The notes below the pieces were generated by a model. It was given only the letters and a program-made list of their open reading frames with translations, made no database searches and was not told the origin of the DNA. DNA of 64,000 nucleotides from Tubiluchus corallicola. Lineage: Eukaryota; Animalia; Priapulida. How positions within the stretch are numbered: the stretch's first letter is position 1; the number at the start of each line of letters is the position of its first letter. The position numbers and the translations under genes are program-made. The DNA lies in the NCBI GenBank assembly GCA_030141605.1, contig JAQGDQ010000118.1, positions 62,001 through 126,000 on the forward strand, in the 5' to 3' direction. Of this stretch, positions 50,415-64,000 are shown in pieces.

Positions 50415-53400
50415 GTGCTAGCATTTTTGGGAACGTTGTTTATGGCTTTCAAAGTCAACTTACTTTATTTATTTTACTGCTATTTTGATTGTTTCTATTT
50501 ATAAAACACTAATCATCCATCGGGTACCCCAATAAATACCCGCATTGTTTATTACCCGAACCTGATATTTCTACCCAGTTCCAACAGTGAAAGTGCAGGC
50601 ACTGTTTGTAATACATCATTGTTGGAGAATTTGAAATTTACATGCCACCTTCTGCTGTGCATTTCTACTAGCAGACTATTAACTGCTGTCTTGGTAGCTT
50701 GCTAGGTTAAGAGCCAGTAGGGATGGCAGACTAAACAATTTTTGATGTAGGGGTGGCTTACAAAAAACAAACTATGATTTCTTTATCAAGAGGTTAATTA
50801 TTCAAATGAAATTGTTTATTACCTTTTAAAAACTTATTCCAGGCCACTAACAATACGTATAAACGGATTGTTAAATTTAACAGCACACAAATAGGATAAT
50901 ATAGGTTAATTTATTCCCGTAATCCCTACGCTGTATTATCAGTGCAATACTACCTAGGCTGAGGTGGCCAACTCTTTGACAAAGCGTACAATTAAGTAAT
51001 TTAAGGTCTGTCAGGTAAAAAATCAATTCTCTGTGTGGAAAACACAAAATTTTGCAATTCACAGAGACTGTGTTCAGGCTTTCATGGTGTAATAAAAGAA
51101 TGCTTGTTGTTAACATAACAGTACAGTTAGTTAAAATGCACCAGTGGTTGTTTTTATTTGTGAATATAAATGACTACAATTCCTTCACTGCTGCTGAATT
51201 TTAACATCAGGTAGCCGATGGATATAAAGAATTTGCTACTCATGTAAGCATTAAAAAGCACTCAACATATGGTAAATAATAGAACTAAACTGCTGGGTAC
51301 CTATTTGCTTGTGCATAACTGTAGCCACACTAAAAGCAAGAAACACGTAACAAAATTCTGCACGACTTATAGATTCATGTAACAGAGTTACATGAAGCAA
51401 TTGGCTCACACGTTTCTCTCAGTCCTTATGATTCAAGGACATTTAATTCAAAGTAACCACAGGTTTTTTTTGCTAGTTTGAACTTGTATTTTATGCCTTA
51501 ATTCAATTTTTTCATTTTTGTGGATGTGGATATACTCTCAAATTAACAATCTCATTTTTTTCTGGATTAATTATTGGAATTCAAGGCTCTATTTTAAATG
51601 CTGACTCATAAATAAATTCATATTTCCTTTCAATCAAGTTTGACTTCCAAATTTGTAGTTATTTAAAAATGATGGCACTTTGTGCAGGTGAAATGAAAAA
51701 ATTATTAGTATGATGATGTGATATTGTTTAGTACTCTAGTCCATGATTATTATTAATACAGTTGCTTAAAGAATTTAAGTGTAAGAAATCTGTATTGTAT
51801 TAGGAAATTTGAGAAACAGAGCAGCGAAATAAACTGCTAAACTTCAAAATTTCAAACAAGTAAATAAGTCATTCAGCATTGAAAACTGTATTAAAGAAAG
51901 TTGGTTGTATTAAAATTCGAGTGTGATTAAGTAGTGAGCACGTTTAGTTATGTTACACACTTTTATGTTATTTCAGGTAGTTAAAAAATGAAAACTAGAT
52001 CTTGATATTCCTATGATTAAGTTATGAAAAGATTAATTTTTGAATCTCACATCATGCAGGTCAGCTATTAAAGAAATGCTGTTGCATTCCATAAATTTTT
52101 GCATAGGTTAATTTTGATGATATTTATTGCTTATGCTGGCTGGAATTCTTTTCTAGTTTTCTTACCAATATGTATTAACATGGCCATTTAGCAGATCTGG
52201 GCGTCTTATATCAATAGCTGTATATAATACACTTTTTTATGCAAACTATGCGGCTACTTGCAAAAAATTGTAAAAATCGGGTACAATTTTAGTGATATTA
52301 TAGTGCTTTTAATTGCTCTTTCCTTTAATGATATTTTTGTTAAATGTTTCATGATTTACTATCGAGCTTCGGCCAACCAAACCAATTCATATTTTGTGTT
52401 TTACTGAGAATTGTAAAACACTAGAAACATGTTGCAAGTCGTTTAACAATTTTTTTTTTGCTAATTTTACCACCATATCATTGATAAGACTTGGTAATGT
52501 GAATGAAGTGTTCAAGTGAAATTACGGTAGATTCTACATTATTTACCCCGGTGACAGTGTAACTATATTTGTATGTATATTAGATATACTTGTGTACAGT
52601 TACTTTAGTCCTATTCAGAGTTTAGATCTGATAATTTACACAGCGACATTCTGCACCAATGTTGTTTTGTTAAAATGATGATTATGTTTGTGCTAAAAAC
52701 TTAAGCAAACCTGTTCTGACATCATACTGACAAGCATCCTGTATTGCCCTCTCTTGCTAAAATATATATTGTTACACAAAATAACTAAATTGATAATGTA
52801 AATTTTCTTCTTTTTTAAAGGTTGAGAAAACATTGTTATGGTACATGTAACTATAAATACCGTTGGTGCCGCAAATACCAGTGTCTTATGATATTAATTT
52901 TGCTTTAAACATGGTTTTAAACCATGGTAGATCAATGAAATTCAGCCTGCCCGTAATGTGTTTGTGATTGATAGCCTCAGGCAATGAGTATGTATAAATA
53001 AAAGTTCAAGATGAGAATTGCTTTTGTATATCAACCTAGTTTAAGAAAGTTTATCTAACTGCTAATTTAAGCATTATTGAGGCCGACTGCTTATCAATAA
53101 TACAATTTCAAGCAGACATTACATCAACTCACAGCATAATAAAACTTCTTATTGCCTAGTTTCTTAAAGTACAGTGTTTTTGCAATGAACGATATGCAAA
53201 TTGCCTACCATATGGCATAGTCATTGGTTAATTTCCACTTCCAATAAGTGATCACAAGGACATTGATCATATTGTAAGTTAAGATGTAAATTAAATTATA
53301 TGAACTCATAAAAGCACAAATTTACATTTTTTGTGGAATTTAAACGAGTTAAAAAATTTCACAAAGCTGCTGTGAATTGTTTACTCAACTTTGCTTAAAA

Positions 53401-55339
53401 CTGTACTCAAAATAGTGATGCTGGAAATGTGAAGTATTTGAAATAATATTAATACTAATTAAGCAATCTCATGACTTCTTCCTTAAAAAAATCTGTCTGT
53501 AACATTCTTGTTGTTGGTGTGCTTGCTATGTTGAAGAGAAAGTTTCACTTGACAACAATTGCTTAACTTTATAAAGTCAAGTAATGAGTAATGCATGTAA
53601 ACAATCCACTGAGAGCTAGTTATACAATAGTAATGTCATTTTCTCAGCTACATTTTACAGATTTAACAGTTTACTGATAAATTAATCTTTCCCAATTTTA
53701 TTACAAATATAACAGTAATAGTTAAAAATCACCCATTTTCCATCCAAGCTAAAAGTAAGGTCTAAATACAATGTATGAACTAATGCTGTGATGCTAAACA
53801 CTTCTACATCCATGTACATGTAGATACTAATACATATGTTTTGTACATCCATTAATAATGTTCAATGACATGCTGTCGAGAATGACTTTCAGTGCAGAAA
53901 CTGACTAACCAGCAAAAGGACAAAAAGGAAAAAACATTCCTAACTGCAGAGCAAGCCCCAAATAGCTATACATGCGGACTGGACCTAGCATAGCTAGATA
54001 AACAGACGTGGCATAAATTTATAAAAACAGTTCTATTTTAGTAATACAGATTAGACAGTAAGACAGCTCATACTAGTTTTACATCAGATCTTGTCACAGA
54101 AAAAGGTATCACAGAATTAGCAATGCAATTTGCCAGTGATTTCTATGTTTTATCGATTTTGCAGTGTACCCGATAATGAAAAATACTTTTTAATTATACA
54201 ATGTTTGATTAGCAGAAACTCCTTAAGTGAAACTCATTACTGCTTTCACAAAGCAAAGAAATTATTTCAAATTCAACAAAAGTGTCACGAAATAAGTATG
54301 TTATACAATCATGAATTAATTAAATGTGCTCACTCAATTAGAATAATAGTTATAATGATCAAGCTCTGTTTCCTATACACGTTCACTTCTACAGTTAGGT
54401 TTACTCAGCAGTTTGTTCAGCTCTCGGAAATCGGTTAACAAATTTCAGAACAGCAAACCGATATAATAGCAAGCTTCCACTTAATGGATAACCGGATCTT
54501 GCAGCATTTATTTGCAATGTAGAGTTCAATACTTGAACAGAAAAACACAATGACCGACCATTTACCGTTACCGTTGAAGGAAAGCGGTTAAGCATAGCAG
54601 CTTATGGACTGCTCCACTCTTAACTGTTTACTTTATTAAAAAACTAACCGCTTCACTGCTCCACAAACAATAATTATTCTGCAAATGTAATATGTTACAT
54701 TGATTTTTGACTGTAATTGTAACAACTGCAATTTCTCAATAAATGCGTCACATCTGTAGGCTCTTTTGCCACACAACTTCAATGGCTTCTGAACTGTACG
54801 TGGGCATTAGTCGATATGGTTAATCACAACAAAATTCGTGGCAGGAAGTAACAGATAGGACAATGTTTTTCTAAAGACTGCCTAACAAAAATCGTGTCCA
54901 CAATCTTTTATTTTACTGCAATTTCTGATTTTTAAACTCAGACTTTTTGGGCTGCTCATTTGCAAATAATGCTGTAGAGCTGTTCATTTTGCCATGTTCG
55001 AGTTCATGTAATAGAAAACTTTGCCATTTACTCATTGTGATGTAAATAATGCATATTAAGTTTTCACAAAGATGGATTCTATGACAAATGTAAACACATA
55101 TCTATAATCTTTTAACAGCTAACTAGCTTATTACCATCATTTCTGGCCAGTTTTTTTATATCATCTCGATCGCCATGTTGTGGAGGATCACTACTAGCCA
55201 TTCATTTTTTTGAAAAGTTTGTTTCTGTGTGGGATATAACCAACTTTTCAATGGCATAACACTGCATTTTAATTACAAGTAGATGCTTTTAATAGTTTAT
55301 TCCAAAGGGCAAAGCTAAATAAGCAATGACTACAACAAG

Positions 55340-55475
55340 GCAGAGGGGAGTCAGATAAAAAGAGTGAAAGAGAGAGAAGAAGGGAGGAGGGACAGAAGTG
55401 AGGAAAAGAGACGGGAAGAGCAGAGAGAGAAAAAAGAGAGTGTCAGAAAGAGAGAGAATGAGAGGAACAAAGAAA
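55340..55475. repeat. Degenerate (GA)-rich polypurine tract
   Basis: Almost all A/G; produces the spurious E/R/K ORF 55364-55561. Confidence 0.8.
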
Positions 55476-58400
55476 AGTTGGACGTTGACGGAAATGAGTC
55501 TGCGACTAAAGCTAGCAGTACCATAGTTCAGCTTGTAAAGCAGCTAAAAACTAGTAAATAGTGTTCAAAATGACACATTTTGGCATTTGGGCAGAAAGAA
55601 CTAAATAAGTGAGCAACCCTATGGTTCTCATTTAAAGACTAGTTATAAAATCACAAATAAGTTATACTACTATCTCATTACAATTATATGAGCTTGCATT
55701 ACTAGTTACGTGATGACAATATGAGCAACATTAGGGCATTTCTGTGGTTAAAAAATATAAAATTCCACATTGCAAATTTCACATCTTTTGTAAAATATGC
55801 CACAAATCATCAACAATAAATAAGTCCACGGAATAGCATGATGGTCCCTGGATATCGTATCACATGAAACCGGGTAAATGTTACCTATTTTCCTCTTCAT
55901 CCAACTAAAACACAAAATAACAACATTACAGTGCACGCACCAAGCAAGTTTTACCAATACGGAATAAAAAAAAGACATCTAAAATCAAAATGGTATTAAA
56001 TGAAACATTTTGTTTGAAGTTAAAGACTGTAATTTTGAGTGACATTACGGACAGTAGATAAATCAAAGTGAATTTACTTAAAAAGAAATTTAACGATCTA
56101 CGGAACATCTATTTTTAAATATACAGTAAATGACGGCTGTTATAATCGTAGTCATCATGTTACACAGCACTGATAATAGAGTAAATGTCAAAAACGAACA
56201 AAATTTAAAACAACACCTGACCGTAAAAATAAACTGGTGGACTTTTACTTTCCATACTGATAATGAAAATAATTATTATTTTCTTGTCTTTCACATGTAT
56301 CAGTTTTTGACTTGGGGGTTATAAGGAAAAACTAAAATCATCTTTAGAACTGTAATCTTTATGAATATAAGAATAATGCCCCAATTATCAACAAATTTCT
56401 TTGCAGTTTTGCTAGTAATTAGCGCAATGAGCTAACTGATGCTTCATTGTATTTATTACTAATGCATATGTATTTGTAATAATTGTAATGTTTTCTTCAA
56501 ATAAGATATTGTTTTAAACTAACTGATGCTGCTCGGCCAACATACTTTGCTACTACGTGACACAACACCATAACAGTTTTAATAAATTGTTTTTTCTCGC
56601 GAAGTTGTAAGTCTCATTTTTGCAACATATTCTACGTATGGATATGGAATTGCTCCTATCGCTGAAAAATATATAATCAAACGTCATAAAAGATAGCATT
56701 TTTTACCCCTGTCCTGCTGACCTAAAATTAGGTTTCTAAGCTGCTAATTTTTTGAATTTCACAATACTGGTATTTATTATAGTTTCCAAACTATAAGTCA
56801 AAATGAGCTGTGGTTTAAGATTAGCCTCATTTTTCTGTAAATGCAAGTGATGAGGAAAATTACTAACCAAAAAGCACAATAGCATGGTGTTAGTAGGTTC
56901 ATTCAGTTAATTCCTCTTGAAGCTGGTAACAAACAACAAATTGATGAAGACAGAAAATGAAACATAATTATTGTAAAGTGTAAAAAAATGGAAAACAAAA
57001 TTGACTAGGCTTATCGTTAGATTAAAATAGGTTAGAACATATTAAAAAATGTTAGAAAAGTTTTTAGGAATTTATTTAACCATAGAATGCCTCACAAATT
57101 TTGCAATGTCACAATGTCTATTTCAACTTTTTGAAAGGCAGAACTTAAACATTTTTAGATAGGAAAATAGTCGTAGGGTGCGTGGTCATAGGGTGTGCTT
57201 ACTGCTTAGCTAACAAAGTTAAGCAATGCGGGGCCCGCTTATTAAATGGAAGGTTGACTCATCAGGAAAATCACCTCCTCAGCTATCTATCTTGCTCAGT
57301 GAGAACGCACTTTAGAACTCGACTTCTACACGGCCTACTCACAGTTGCATCTTGGACGATTACTTTTGATAATAAAATTAACTAGATTCCATTCCTGTCA
57401 CAATTGTCGATATAAAAAGTAGGCTCTGCCTCTAAGTGCTGAATTCTGGCAGCTTGCGTTTTGCTGAACTGTTTAAATGAAACTATTGTAGTGACAAAAT
57501 AACAAACAAAGTAATTAATGGAGATAAAATATAAAGCAAAAAATAAAAAAAATAATGAAGCTTAGAAAAAATAAAAAAATGAACTACGAGAATAGAGAGC
57601 CAAACCTGGAAATAAGTGAAAATTCATTTCACTATTGTTGCTGCTGCTTATGATGACAATGACAATGACGATGATAATGATGGCTCCAAAGTTGGAACCA
57701 AAATTGAAATAATTTCAGCGCTAGGTAACTGGTCAAGCTCTAAAAATGTTTTTGCTTATGTGTGATACCGTCACACCGAGAAAATGTGGAGAACAGTTCT
57801 TCCTATGGAACATTATTAAAGTTTTATTTATCATGTTGCTTGCACACTGCTGTTACACTCACTATTTTTCAATTTTGTGCACAATGTACATACATATGAG
57901 GCAAGGAAAGATTTTTTTGTGTAGACTAAAATGCTCTAAGGACACTTCTGTTAAGAAATAAAAGCTGAATCGAAATTTAGCTTTACCAACAATCTACGTG
58001 TACTCTGAATATTTTTTATTATACAGGTCTTAGGAGTTGGGACTTACTTGTCTGTAGACATTAAAAGAAGAGAAAATGCAGACGGAAACTGTAAAAGTGA
58101 AGAACTGTTAGTAAAAAGTACATTTAGCAGAAGTTAAAAAATGAAACAACCCTTGAGAATAAGGCAGATGATTCAAAATACAGTTTTATTTATATGTTAT
58201 CACTGACCTCATACGATACTACCCAGTCGTCGATTATTTTACTTCCTTCATTTGGCAACTAGCAGTATAAAAATAATTCCTACATAAGTTGATTAGTTCC
58301 GCAAAAAATTTTGTACAATAAGTAGTGATCAGCAGGAGGTCAACTAGCAAATTTGAGAAATGCATCTATTTAAGTCAGTTCATTTCATGTCATTCGATTG

Positions 58401-58880
58401 GCATTTATAGATATTCAACTAGTAGAGTGCTGAATTTAATTTAGAAAAGGCATTTATCAATGCCAAATTACGTGGAAGGTATTTGTGCAGGTGTAATACA
58501 GGAGCTATATCAATCGTATTTTGCATTGGATTTACAAAAATGAATTTTCTTCAATATAAATATTATGCCTGTTCATGTGTAAGTACGTGCACCAATAAAT
58601 TCTTGAGGGACTTCACATTGTACCATTTTCTTCACTATGTAGTTATTAACTAACTCCAGACAATATAACATCTGAATCAACTAACAACATTATAGAATTG
58701 GCTCATGATCTGGTCTAATGAATAGCTAAGTAACTCGTGTTGGAAATGTGAGAAATGATAACAAAAGAAATCCAACTGCTTTAACTCCAAACCATAAATA
58801 AACAATCAGGGAAAAACAAACAAATTTAATTGGTACACTGGCCAACCACGGCTAAAAAAAGAAAATAAAGATTTACATAC

Positions 58881-61800
58881 CAGGAAGGCATCATCGTCTT
58901 TGACAGTGAGGTACTTTTTCTCTTTGTAAAATTCACGTTTTTGTAGCAAGTAGAGAACAACTATATCACAAGCTATGGTAGCCTAAAAACAAATCTATGA
59001 ATATTAAAATTTTTCTTCGCAGCCTTACTGGTGCAACAACAAGAAAAGCTGGCAAATTTGACAGTCGAATGTCCATAATATGATTTTCAAGGGACCAAAA
59101 TATTTTTTTGTGTTAGCGTATTCGTACCATCCATTACGTCCACTTTTGCTATGTTAATTCTAATGCAAAATATCAATTAACAGATGCATGTACTGCGTAG
59201 TTAGCGTAGTCCTTAAGCTTGTTTAACCACTATTTCCCAAAAGCACAAACTACGAAATTATATCAACACGCTGCCAGCCTGCTAGTCAGTCTAAACTCAA
59301 ACAACTGCAAGCAAAGGGGTTACCAGTGCCAGAGAGTTTGCGCTATGTTGTTTTTGCTATTTTACGTATAATTGGATACTTGTAAACGAAGCCTAGCTGT
59401 TAGGTATAGGAAGACAGGCGGTAACAAATATAGGTGGTTTTAAAATATAATGGCAAATTTTTATCAGAATTGGAGGCCTAATGCTTTTCGGAAAATAACA
59501 ATTTGACTGCGTAGTCATGGCATTTAAACCTATGCAGCAGACTGTATTAATTCAACTGCAACCTAGGTATGATAATGTACGTATAGTACATGCATTACAT
59601 TATAACACACAGTGAGTTGTAAAGACAATCTATAGTCATGGTGGCAACAGGCGAAAAATGTCTAGACAGGGGCGGGCCGCATCAGAAATCATATTACATG
59701 TGTTTCGTGTATTAAACTCATATTGGTAGGATTTTGGGGAAACATTGCACAAACAGTAGTTTCATAATAATTAGTTTCATAGTAATCATATATGATTACA
59801 TAGGATTTATTATAACCTTGGCAGAGACAAAATAAAATCATTGTACTACTGAGAGTTCTATTATAAGCCATGTCGTATTACCAATCTTCAACTGTATTAT
59901 TTGCTCTCCTCCAAACCTATTTAATCAATTTACTTGGCATTCTATAAGGTATGTTAATGGATTGTTGAAGGTTCTTATTAACAAATGATGTTCCTTAGCA
60001 GCTATATTAATGTGACTACCTAAATCTTGATGCTATAATCTACTTTTGCAAACTGATTATCTGAGCCGACATGGAGTATACAAGGACTAGTACGTTAACC
60101 TGCTTGGCAGATTGGAAAATCACATTGCCAATCTAGTCTGGTCTAATATAGAGTCAATGTGTTGGGGTAAGAATCTAGCTTTACAATTATGAACATACCA
60201 ATATGCTTGCCAAAGAAATATCACAAAAATGGCTGTTAGCAGACGAAGTCACATTAAAGGATCAAAACACCAAGAATTTCAAAATTTGTATAATGAAATA
60301 ATTGTTAAATTACATAACTAACTAATCCTTGTGCATTAACATCAGTCTTGTGCATTATTCAGCAGTAAAAATTTTACATTGCTGTACAAGGATGAAACTT
60401 ACCAAAGCAAGTAAAGCAAGACCAGCGCCAACATTGGTTGCTAAGGGAATTAAATTGAATTTTCCAGCTTGTCCAGTAACAAGGATGAAGTAACGTATTC
60501 CGGTCGCTTTATATAAGACTCTTGTCATCACTCCGTTGACTTCATAATAATGTGCATATCTAAAACAGAACAAGAAAAGTAACAGTGTAAAGTGGCTGCA
60601 ACAACATACAGGTCTTAATTAAAAAACGAAACTAGGATCGCAAAAAAATCACTAGTAAAATCTGTTACATAACAAAATTTCTTATAAGGATTGTAAATGG
60701 AAGAAACTACTAAAAGTTATGTAAATGGCACATCAGCTAACAGATCCGTTAGAGAAAAGTGCTGGGTACTGAGCATTCTTATTCAAGCAAATGTTGACAC
60801 ACTGATAGCTGGATTTCAATTCCATTTAAAAATGCGCTGTTCGAATACATTTGAATAAACACAAAAATATTCAAAAGTTTACAGCAGTAAGCTACTTGCT
60901 TGTCAATGAGAAAATGATGATAAACAGTCCACATGCATGTATAAGTATGTTAGTAGGTAAGTAAGTTATTCTATTTCGAACAAGATGTTCATATAACATA
61001 TTTACCGAAAAAATTAAGATTTACAAAAATTATAAGATTAAGTTAACAAAATAAATGTTTTACAAGTTAGAATTTCGGTTAAAATGCAGTGAATCACCTG
61101 TAAAATGCTGATTGCCAAAACTTAGGTAACTTTAATCATTGTAACCTGAATATCTAAACTCATTAAACAGCAAGTAACAATAATATCACAACAACTCAAT
61201 CATATCATGAGGAATAACAACATTTTCGTAATATAATAAAATCAAAATAATTCGATCAACACACATTAGTCAAACAGTTTGTTACGAGTGACACATTAGA
61301 GCAAGGCCAACAATAAAAATACTTCTGTATAAACAAACTTTGATTTCAATTGATTTTAAATATTCCACAATTCAGCTTTAAACACACACAGATCTTAAAA
61401 AACAATTTTTTGAAAAAAAATTTCCTCCCCTCCTACTGACATGTTTTGAGCTCAAGTTGTAAAACAGAAATAATTTTTTTGTGGCCGACTTAGCAATAAC
61501 AATATATTAACTGATTCTGCTTTAATCAAAATGCGCTGTTTCGGTTCTTGGCTAAAGATATATATATTATCCTTCCCATTAGTTTCTCTTTACAAGTCTG
61601 AATTCACCTCGAGTTCAGTAAATGTACATCAAGTTTACCGGAAGTTGTATCCATTGGCTAGTACGGCATTCGGATCATCTAAACGCCGAAACGTGTATTC
61701 AGGGACACACTCACTCCAGTCTCTGTCTAAATTGCAATCCCAGTTTATTACAATTTGTATCACTCCTCCCTGTAGCAAAATAGTAAAATCATAATCGGAT

Positions 61801-63273
61801 ATCATAATCACTAACATAATCAACAAAAAACTTACAAAATTAAACGTGCTCACATGGCAGAATGCTATTAATTCATTGCTTATAAAGAAAATAAGAGTTA
61901 TAGAGTATGCAACTAAACAATTTTACTCTAGGCATCACACCAGGTTCTCCAGTTAAATTTATCAATAGTTAAATTTAGAAAAAAAAGCTCTGAAAAATTG
62001 TGTCAACCAGGATTTGAACTCAGTATGTTGTGATTTCAGGTAACATGCTCTAAGAATTGGAGCTATCAAACCACATGGCCAAAGCAGGTTTGAATTATCA
62101 CAGTAGCCAGCATGGAATCGGTCAGTGCTACCTATCCAACGTAAAGAGAAATTAATTAATAAGCTGGAGCCTTAGTAGGGAAAGCAATGTCCACACACTA
62201 CTACAGTTTTGACACAAAAGCGAAAAATTGCTATAATGATAAAAGTTTTATGATAATACCAATAACTGTAGATTTTCGACAAATTCTTTCAAAAGTATAC
62301 CTACAATTTTTAAAGGTTTTACTAGAAAAGTATTGAGAGCTACATCTACTGCAGCACCAAATTAATAATCTGAATGCTTTAATTAGTGCCGTTTCAAAAT
62401 GTGTGGTTTTATCACATCTCAATCCTTATTTTTAAACTCGCCAGTGAGAGCTTTGAATTGACACAGTCCACTATAAGGCAAGCATTCGGCATTTCAACAA
62501 ATTACACTAATAATGTATGCAGCAATATTTCTAAGCTTGAAATAAGAGAATGTTACCTTAATAGCCATTATATCATAGTCTTGACCGGCAACAGAAACAA
62601 TGGTGCCCAAGCGAAAAACTGGACAAAACTTTGCTGTTTCATTGTTTGGACTGTAGCGACATTTTGTTAGGAATTCTTTATCTGTTGTATCTAAAACATT
62701 TCGCCTATCAGAAAATCAAAGAACAGAAAAGTTACAAATAACAAAATAGTGTCAAATTTCAAAAAAAAAACAAGACAACTTCAACTTAACAAAGCCTTCA
62801 ACTTTAACAACTTGTATGTACCATTACATCAACCATTTTGAACATTCAGCAAACAACTGTTTAGTCTACTTGCAAATTGCCAACTTACTTTTTGAACCCA
62901 AACTTTGGAAACTCAATGTTATTTTTAATCAGAACTGTAAATTCTTTGGAATCTTTAAGTAATGCTTCTCCTTTTCTGAAAAATTAACATTTAAGATCAT
63001 TAGTAAGACTCTGATTTATAATTTCTATGTTCTTTGATTATCTTTCTATATGGGATGAGAGTGGAATGCTTAGTGACTTCTTTTAACACCTAGTTTGGGA
63101 GCAATACATTACTATCGTTATACTAGCTTTGTCAATTTACAATAAAAATGTCACAAAATGCTGTTCAACTTACAAAGGAAGTTCGTCATTTTCAACGGGA
63201 CACCAAGCAAAAATTTCACAAACATTCAAGGATTCATTGCGAGTCGACTGAATACATTTACCTGTTCGTACAC
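58881..63273 (-). CDS. P2X purinoceptor (ATP-gated cation channel, P2X4-like), central and 3' exons; 5' exons beyond the window, last exon(s) uncertain
   Basis: Exons 63273-63174 (TGKC...CEIFAWCPVE), 62975-62889 (FTVLIKNNIEFPKF), 62704-62557 (FCPVFRLG), 61769-61639 (GGVI..INWDCNLD..C.PEYTFRRLD..GYNFR), 60559-60403 (KATGIRY..GQAGKF, TM2), 58982-58881 (CDIVVLY, YKEKKY); all in phase. Confidence 0.93.
62000..62072 (-). mobile_element. Degenerate tRNA-like sequence (tRNA-derived SINE head or tRNA pseudogene)
   Basis: Minus strand GGTTTGATAGCTCCAATTCTTAGAGCA...CTGAAAT...GAGTTCAAATCCTGGTTGACAC: A-box and B-box-like motifs at tRNA spacing, but the stems do not pair well. Confidence 0.55.
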
Positions 63274-64000
63274 CTGGAAACACATTGATTAAACACACTA
63301 AATGATCAGCAGCATAAAGTATTGCACGAATAGTATATGTCTCGAAAGTGACCAGATTTTACAGAAATTCTGCAGACTGTAAACTAATAATTCCGTTAAT
63401 AAACGTCAGCAATAACCAATCATTTTCTGTACTTCAAGTCAATTTTATAGACATGATAGCATCTCTGTACTTTAGCCACAATAAAAGAGATAAAATAGAC
63501 ACTATTCTTATTAAAACCTATCACAGTATTTCGATATCCGAATGAACATCATTGTCAAGGATCAAAGTTTTAATTTAATCAGTAGCCAATCAATTTATAT
63601 CCTTCAAGAATGATAGTCTTGAAATTTAGATGTGATCATATCAATTTTATAGAAGATGAATTTCCAAATGAAGCAGGTACGAAAAATTTTGATAGATTCA
63701 TGATTCGTAATCAGTAATGAGATAAAAATTTCAACAAGCAAATTGGCATCAAGTCAATGATAACTTAATCATCAGTGAAAAAAGATGTTTAGCAGATTTA
63801 ACTGCACCTTATTCATAGTGCACTTCTAGTTTACAAAGTATTATGCAAACAATTAACAATGTTACATATGTTGCACAAATAACCATTTTGACAAAACCAC
63901 TATGTTGTTCAAATAAAACTGTATAGAAGTACAATTACGTTCAACATGTTAAATATCAGCATTTTCAAGCATAACAGTAAATTTTATTATAAACTCTGTG

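Noticed and set aside
55364-55561. Charged coiled-coil ORF
   Set aside because: Translation of a (GA)-rich tract.
62000-62072. Functional tRNA-Phe (CTGAAAT loop)
   Set aside because: Anticodon and acceptor stems do not pair and the D-loop GG is missing; kept only as a SINE head or pseudogene.
1-64000. Prokaryotic systems (CRISPR array, operon, defence island, retron)
   Set aside because: Genes are spliceosomal and metazoan; RT pieces are decayed LINEs; no repeat-spacer array.

Overview
AT-rich, intron-rich animal (probably invertebrate) nuclear DNA; not prokaryotic. Six protein-coding genes alternate strands (+ - + - + -): the 3' part of RAD51D; a 3-coding-exon uncharacterised CCCH zinc-finger gene; head-to-head with it (288 bp between ATGs) a 12-exon uncharacterised dynamin/EHD-superfamily P-loop GTPase with two C-terminal hydrophobic segments; an MNT-like bHLH-Zip repressor with an intronless CDS; a complete 10-exon BCKDK; and the 3' part of a P2X receptor. 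Exons were assembled by hand from GT-AG sites and phase continuity. Introns carry decayed LINEs, hAT/pogo/piggyBac-type MITEs (several with readable TSDs), SINE heads and microsatellites. Most notable: an inverted copy of a RAD51D exon inside its own intron, with a perfect 60-nt match over the splice donor; the membrane-anchored GTPase/CCCH gene pair; the intronless MNT; and a stop codon split by an intron. Gene identities rest on remembered motifs, not database searches.
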